DNA of 64,000 nucleotides from assembly GCA_963662545.2 (NCBI GenBank), contig CAXXLL010000002.1:2368001-2432000 (forward strand). Direction: 5' to 3'. The notes under the pieces were generated by a model, which did not search any database, was not told the DNA's origin, and was given only the letters and a program-made list of their open reading frames with translations. Below, piece by piece: positions 59,541 through 64,000 of the stretch. Position 1 is the stretch's first letter; the number at the start of each line of letters is the position of its first letter. A program made the position numbers and the translations under genes. The stretch comes from Gammaproteobacteria bacterium (GTDB lineage: Bacteria > Pseudomonadota > Gammaproteobacteria > Ga0077536).

Positions 59541-60122
59541 ATGTCAGGCGCTAGCCCTCCGGTTGGTCATCTGACCTGCAATGCGGCAAATTCAATTCTC
59601 ATCGTCGTCGATGTCCAGCAGCGTCTGGGCGACGCAATGCCGGGAAAGGTATTGAACCGCGTCCTTGTTAATACCCAGTTGCTAGCGAGAGCCGCCGGCC
59701 TGCTGGACATTCCCGTGCTTAAGACTGAACAATATCCGCGCGGCTTGGGTCCCACGCATCCCGCCATTACGGAAGTGCTCCCCAGTTCGACGAGGGCGTA
59801 CGAAAAACTCACATTTTCCTGTTGTCGCGCCGATGGATTTCTCGACGAGGTGATGGATCTGGGCCGGCGCCAGATGATACTCGTCGGGATGGAGGCTCAT
59901 GTTTGCGTACTACAGACCGCCTTCGACCTGCAGGGCGAGGGCCTCGAACCGTTTGTCGTCGAAGACGCGGTGTGCTCGAGGCGGCTCGAAAACTACCAAA
60001 ATGCACTCGATCGCCTTAGACAATCGCAAGTGGCGATCGTCAGCGCCGAATCGGTCGTGTTCGAATGGCTAGGCGCGGCCGATCATCAGCACTTCAAGGC
60101 GGTGCAGAAATTACTGCGTTGA
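59541..60122 (+). CDS. Isochorismatase-family hydrolase
   Basis: VDVQQRL, TEQYPRGLGPT, GMEAHVCVLQT. Confidence 0.9.
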   Translation: MSGASPPVGHLTCNAANSILIVVDVQQRLGDAMPGKVLNRVLVNTQLLARAAGLLDIPVLKTEQYPRGLGPTHPAITEVLPSSTRAYEKLTFSCCRADGFLDEVMDLGRRQMILVGMEAHVCVLQTAFDLQGEGLEPFVVEDAVCSRRLENYQNALDRLRQSQVAIVSAESVVFEWLGAADHQHFKAVQKLLR

Positions 60123-60195
60123 GCCAACTTGCGGCGTGCGGGAAGCCGGTCGATCCTGCTTAAACGCCGGCGGGGCGCGACGCCGCCGGAAATGC

Positions 60196-60217
60196 GGACA
60201 ATTTTGAGATAGGTTCT
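60196..60217. mobile_element. Right end of a family D MITE
   Basis: GGACAATTTTGAGATAGGTTCT vs GGATAATTTTGAGATAAGTTCT at 35443-35464. Confidence 0.6.
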
Positions 60218-60290
60218 TGTAACAGCGCCTCCTCACTGCGGCGCTTCATCGCCCGCGCGACAGTACGTGGTTAGAAATCCGGGCTGGCAA

Positions 60291-60917
60291 TCAGTTCACT
60301 GTGTATTCACGCGAAGTCATGCATGCGCCGAACGCCCGGTTGTATTCACCGTGTTCTTCCTGACGCCGCGTGTAATCCGCGTCCGCCTGGGCCTGTTGTT
60401 GCTGGTAATAATCGTAATTATAGGACCGCTGTGGCGGCGGCTCGGGTTGCCGACTAGAACGGTTCATGGCGCCGAATAAGGTCGAAGCCAGCGCGCCGAT
60501 CGCTGCGCCTTCCCCGGCGTTGCCGGCCAACGCACCGCCGGCCGCGCCCAGTGCCGCCCCGGTGGCCGCATCGCCCATCATGCCGCCGCCTTCGAACATC
60601 CCGCCGTCACCGATACCGAGGAACCCGCGATTGGAGCGGCTTCGACGCGGTTCGCTGTAACCGGTGCGCGGGTCCGGTGGCGGAGGCGCCGCAGATCGAG
60701 GCGCCAATGGCGCGGCCGAACTCGGATCGAAACCGCTCTGAGTGACCGACCATTGATGACACTCGAAACGATCCTGGGACTGCTGCGCTTCGGTCTGCCC
60801 GGCATTCGGGTAGGCGAATACGTGCTGGGCGGCGAAACCATCGGCCGTTACCATAACCGCCGCCGCCACCGAAATAACGCTAAAAATCGCGCCAACTTTC
60901 ATTTCCAGTGCTCCCAT
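60291..60917 (-). CDS. Exported glycine-zipper protein
   Basis: YPNAGQTEAQQSQDRFECHQW; GAALGAAGGALAG; YNRAFGACM..REYTV. Confidence 0.75.
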   Translation of the reverse strand: MGALEMKVGAIFSVISVAAAVMVTADGFAAQHVFAYPNAGQTEAQQSQDRFECHQWSVTQSGFDPSSAAPLAPRSAAPPPPDPRTGYSEPRRSRSNRGFLGIGDGGMFEGGGMMGDAATGAALGAAGGALAGNAGEGAAIGALASTLFGAMNRSSRQPEPPPQRSYNYDYYQQQQAQADADYTRRQEEHGEYNRAFGACMTSREYTVN

Positions 60918-60954
60918 TCAGTGACAAAGTCATCGGTCGCAGGATGGCGAGTAG

Positions 60955-61113
60955 CCTGATTTCTCGCCTGTCCGCAGCCGCTACGCGAAGAGTCCAACAC
61001 CCATCAAGCAATTTAGTACATGTTGGATGCAACTCGGCGCCAAGTCCATTTGGATGGCAGGCTGTCGCCGAAGCGCATCGAAAAACGATAAGGTGTCGTT
61101 TTTCAACATCTCG
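60955..61113. mobile_element. Degenerate family C MITE
   Basis: GAAAAACGATAAGGTGTCGTTTTTCAACA resembles the reverse complement of 40710-40741; followed by TTAG; left boundary approximate. Confidence 0.5.
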
Positions 61114-61219
61114 TTAGAACGCCCACGCGCTAATAAGTTTAGCAGGCATGCCCCAAAATAATGTCGACCCGTCGAAACTTCGAGTACAGCCGGTACGAAT
61201 TAGCGCTGCTGTGAGCCGT

Positions 61220-62491
61220 TCATCCGCGATTCAGGATCCCGCGGATAAGCTGCACAGTCCGCTTCGTCGCGCCGCGATGCTGCCGGACGATCTCGGCGCC
61301 GGTATTACCGATTCTGTCTCGTTCGTTACTGTCCACCAGCCAGTCGAGTGCCGCCCGCGCAAGCTCGTCTTCGTCGGACACTACCTGCAATGCGCCCCCG
61401 ATCTCAAGAATTCGGCAAATTTCCGAAAAATTATAGGTATGAGGCCCCACCAGCACGGGGATTCCCAGGCTCGCAGGTTCTAAGACATTGTGCCCCCCGA
61501 AAGGCAATAGACTACCGCCCACGAAAGCGACATCCGAAGCGGCGTAAAAGCGGGGCAATTCACCCATAGCATCGACGAGATAAACGTCGGTCTCATCAGA
61601 ACAATAGGCACGCGTACTACAGCGTACGACCGCCAATCCGCGACTGCGGCACATTTCGGCGACTTCGTCGAAGCGCTCCGGATGCCGGGGAGCGAGCACC
61701 AATAACAATCCTTTCAGGCGTTTACTGATCATGTTGAACGCCTCGACGATGATGCGTTCTTCGCCATCTCGGGTACTGCCGGCTATCAAAATCGGTCTGT
61801 TAACACCTAGTTGGCGCCGCAAAGCCTCCGCCTGCTCGTGCAGGCTGGGAGGCAACTCCAAATCGAATTTAACGCTGCCGAATACCTGGATTCGCTCGGG
61901 AGCAGCGCCCAGTGCGACAAAGCGATCCCTGTCCTGCTCCGTTTGCGCTGCAATGAAGTCCACGGATCGGATAATCTGCTGGCTCAACCACGGTAAGCGT
62001 GCATAGGATTTCAGCGAGCGCTCCGATAGACGTGCATTGGCGAGAACGATGGGAATCGAACGGGATATGCAGGAAGCGAACGTGTTCGGCCACAACTCGG
62101 TTTCCAACACGACAAATATCATCGGTGTGAACCGGTCAAGAAACCGCCTCACGATGTATGGAAGATCGTAAGGGAAATAGACGTGCTGAATGTCCTCGCC
62201 AAGCATGCGTTTGATCGTTTCCGCACCTGTTGGCGTGGTCGTGGTAACCAGAATACCGGCCTCGTCGAAATTATCCGTCAATGCTCGAATGAGCGGCACA
62301 GCCGCCATACTTTCGCCGACCGACACGGCATGGATCCAGATCAAGGGCTGCGCTGGAACATTCCCGTGATAGACGCCTAAGCGTTCCATCCAGCGCTGGA
62401 GATAGCTTCGATTTTTGCGGGCGCGTATATAGAGCCGCAGTAGGAGTACCGGGATCAACAACGCAAATAAGAGTGTATAAACCTGTCTCAG
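61220..62491 (-). CDS. waaA: Kdo transferase
   Basis: IWIHAVSVGE, YFPYD, ETELWPN, APRHPERF, GGHNVLEPA; probable CTG start at 62491. Confidence 0.94.
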   Translation of the reverse strand: MRQVYTLLFALLIPVLLLRLYIRARKNRSYLQRWMERLGVYHGNVPAQPLIWIHAVSVGESMAAVPLIRALTDNFDEAGILVTTTTPTGAETIKRMLGEDIQHVYFPYDLPYIVRRFLDRFTPMIFVVLETELWPNTFASCISRSIPIVLANARLSERSLKSYARLPWLSQQIIRSVDFIAAQTEQDRDRFVALGAAPERIQVFGSVKFDLELPPSLHEQAEALRRQLGVNRPILIAGSTRDGEERIIVEAFNMISKRLKGLLLVLAPRHPERFDEVAEMCRSRGLAVVRCSTRAYCSDETDVYLVDAMGELPRFYAASDVAFVGGSLLPFGGHNVLEPASLGIPVLVGPHTYNFSEICRILEIGGALQVVSDEDELARAALDWLVDSNERDRIGNTGAEIVRQHRGATKRTVQLIRGILNRG

Positions 62492-63435
62492 GAATTTAGC
62501 CAGTTGAGATACTCCCGCACCCCGTCAGCCACGGTACGAAAATTACCTTCGTAGCCGGCCGCCCTGAGCCGCGACAAGTCCGCCTGCGTGAACGCCTGAT
62601 ACGACGTGATCAGTTCAGGCGGAAATTCACTATATTCCGTGGCACCCGTTCCATACCAATCGATTACGGCTTTGGCAACGGCATTGAAAGTTTCAGCGCG
62701 GCCTGTACCGCAATTATAAATCCCAGACTTGCCTGGCCCCTGCTTGCCGAACCAGAGCGTAACGTCCACCACATCGTCTACGTAAACGAAGTCACGTCTT
62801 TGCTCACCGTCAGCGTAACCGTGAGATCCCCGGAACAAACGCACGGCACTGTGCGAACGCATCTGATCATTGAGGTGCCAAGCAACGCTCGCCATGCGTC
62901 CTTTATGCTGCTCACGCGGGCCATAAACGTTGAAATAACGCAGTCCGGCAACCAGCGAATCGGTATCGTCCAGCCGCCGTCGGACGTACTGATCGAACGC
63001 CAGCTTCGAATACCCGTAGACGTTCAAAGGATGCTCGCATCGTGGGGCTTCCTCGAAGCGTTTACCGTTGCCATAGACCGCCGCACTCGAGGCATAAACC
63101 AGAGCGATGCCGTTACGCGTACAGAAATCGAAAGTTGCCCTGGAACAGGTGAAATTGTTATCCATCATGGTTCGCCCGTTCCACTGAGCAGTATCGGAAC
63201 ACGCGCCCAGATGATAGACACAATCCACGTTTCGTCCGATGGCCCCGTCGGACCCAAGCAGGGCTCGCCATTCGTCTTTGTCGAGATAATCGGCAATGAT
63301 GCAGTCTGCAATATTCGCGATCTTGCGGCCGTCCGTCAGGTCATCGACAACAATGAGATCTTCCCGCCCCGACTCATTGAGTTTCTTCAGCAGGTTACTC
63401 CCGATAAAACCGGCGCCGCCCGTTACGACGATCAA
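62488..63435 (-). CDS. hldD: ADP-L-glycero-D-manno-heptose 6-epimerase
   Basis: TGGAGFIGSN, YASSAAVYG, PLNVYGYSK, YFNVYGPREQHKG. Confidence 0.96.
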   Translation of the reverse strand: MIVVTGGAGFIGSNLLKKLNESGREDLIVVDDLTDGRKIANIADCIIADYLDKDEWRALLGSDGAIGRNVDCVYHLGACSDTAQWNGRTMMDNNFTCSRATFDFCTRNGIALVYASSAAVYGNGKRFEEAPRCEHPLNVYGYSKLAFDQYVRRRLDDTDSLVAGLRYFNVYGPREQHKGRMASVAWHLNDQMRSHSAVRLFRGSHGYADGEQRRDFVYVDDVVDVTLWFGKQGPGKSGIYNCGTGRAETFNAVAKAVIDWYGTGATEYSEFPPELITSYQAFTQADLSRLRAAGYEGNFRTVADGVREYLNWLNS

Positions 63436-64000
63436 GCACGTTCTCCGCTAAGGCGCGCGACGCGCGCGATCAGGTCGCTGGTCGAATGCTCCGCATGATA
63501 CTCGAGCGTCATTACCCTACCGCCTGCAGCGATCACCTCCTCAGCTCCAGCGATATCTGCAATCTCATAATCACCGCCCTTCACGAGCAGATCGGGTAGC
63601 AAATCTGCGATCAGCGCTTGGGGCGTCGCGTCCGAAAACGATATGACCCAGTCGACGGAGCTCAAGGCCGACAAAACCTGCATGCGGGATTCCAGGTCAT
63701 TGACCGGCCGGCCGCGACCTTTCAATTGCGTCACCGAATTATCGTCGTTCACAGCGACTACGAGACGGTTTCCGAGAGCGGCCGCCGCTTTGAGGTAGCG
63801 GACATGACCCGCATGGATGATATCGAAGCAGCCGTTTGTCAGGACCACCGATTCACCACGGCGCCGCGCATTCGCCATCTCTTCGATCAGGCCCGCGTTA
63901 TCCATTACACCGCGCCTCAATCCAGCGCGACGAGCCAATTCTTTATCGATCTCATCGCGGCTTACCGTCGCCGTCCCGAGCTTCCCAACGACGAGACCTG
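63432..64000 (-). CDS. hldE: Bifunctional heptose kinase/adenylyltransferase, C-terminal part (runs off the window end)
   Basis: Reading frame includes GLVVGKLGTATVS (end of kinase domain), then TNGCFDIIHAGHV and LVKGGDY. Confidence 0.93.
   Translation of the reverse strand, partial: GLVVGKLGTATVSRDEIDKELARRAGLRRGVMDNAGLIEEMANARRRGESVVLTNGCFDIIHAGHVRYLKAAAALGNRLVVAVNDDNSVTQLKGRGRPVNDLESRMQVLSALSSVDWVISFSDATPQALIADLLPDLLVKGGDYEIADIAGAEEVIAAGGRVMTLEYHAEHSTSDLIARVARLSGERA

Overview
A GC-rich gammaproteobacterial chromosomal window with three parts. (1) 1-27 kb is an accessory PQQ/C1-alcohol/aldehyde oxidation region. It holds a partial DUF447 gene, pqqA-C-D-E with no pqqB, folP, pip, a porin, a TPR-sulfotransferase, a W/Mo aldehyde:ferredoxin oxidoreductase operon, PQQ-ADH-associated periplasmic proteins, a LutH/LanA-like TonB receptor with a NarX/NarL-type two-component pair, ndh, and a sigma54 two-component pair divergent from a second, stand-alone pqqA. 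Both pqqA genes (absent from the ORF track) have sigma54-type promoters and share a candidate enhancer motif. (2) 27.5-32.5 kb is an uncharacterised envelope cluster: L,D-transpeptidase, DUF302, a MotA/TolQ/ExbB-family channel, an Asp-TM partner with a YfaP-like domain, a 2-TM protein and a vWA-TM-FHA protein. This is the best candidate for an undescribed ion-motor system. (3) 32.5-64 kb is the core tilS-accA-dnaE...rpsB block, followed by map, mutH, dusA, pcm, tolC, waaA, hldD and partial hldE. At least five families of non-autonomous MITEs occur, mostly at YTAR sites overlapping stop codons. One is nested, one splits tsf, two donate C-terminal tails, and one supplies the only canonical in-frame start for tilS. 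There are also many small lesions (folP 148-bp insertion, an 11-bp duplication, lpxD pseudogene, ndh motif loss), which suggest relaxed selection or assembly error. All calls come from reading the sequence; no searches were run.
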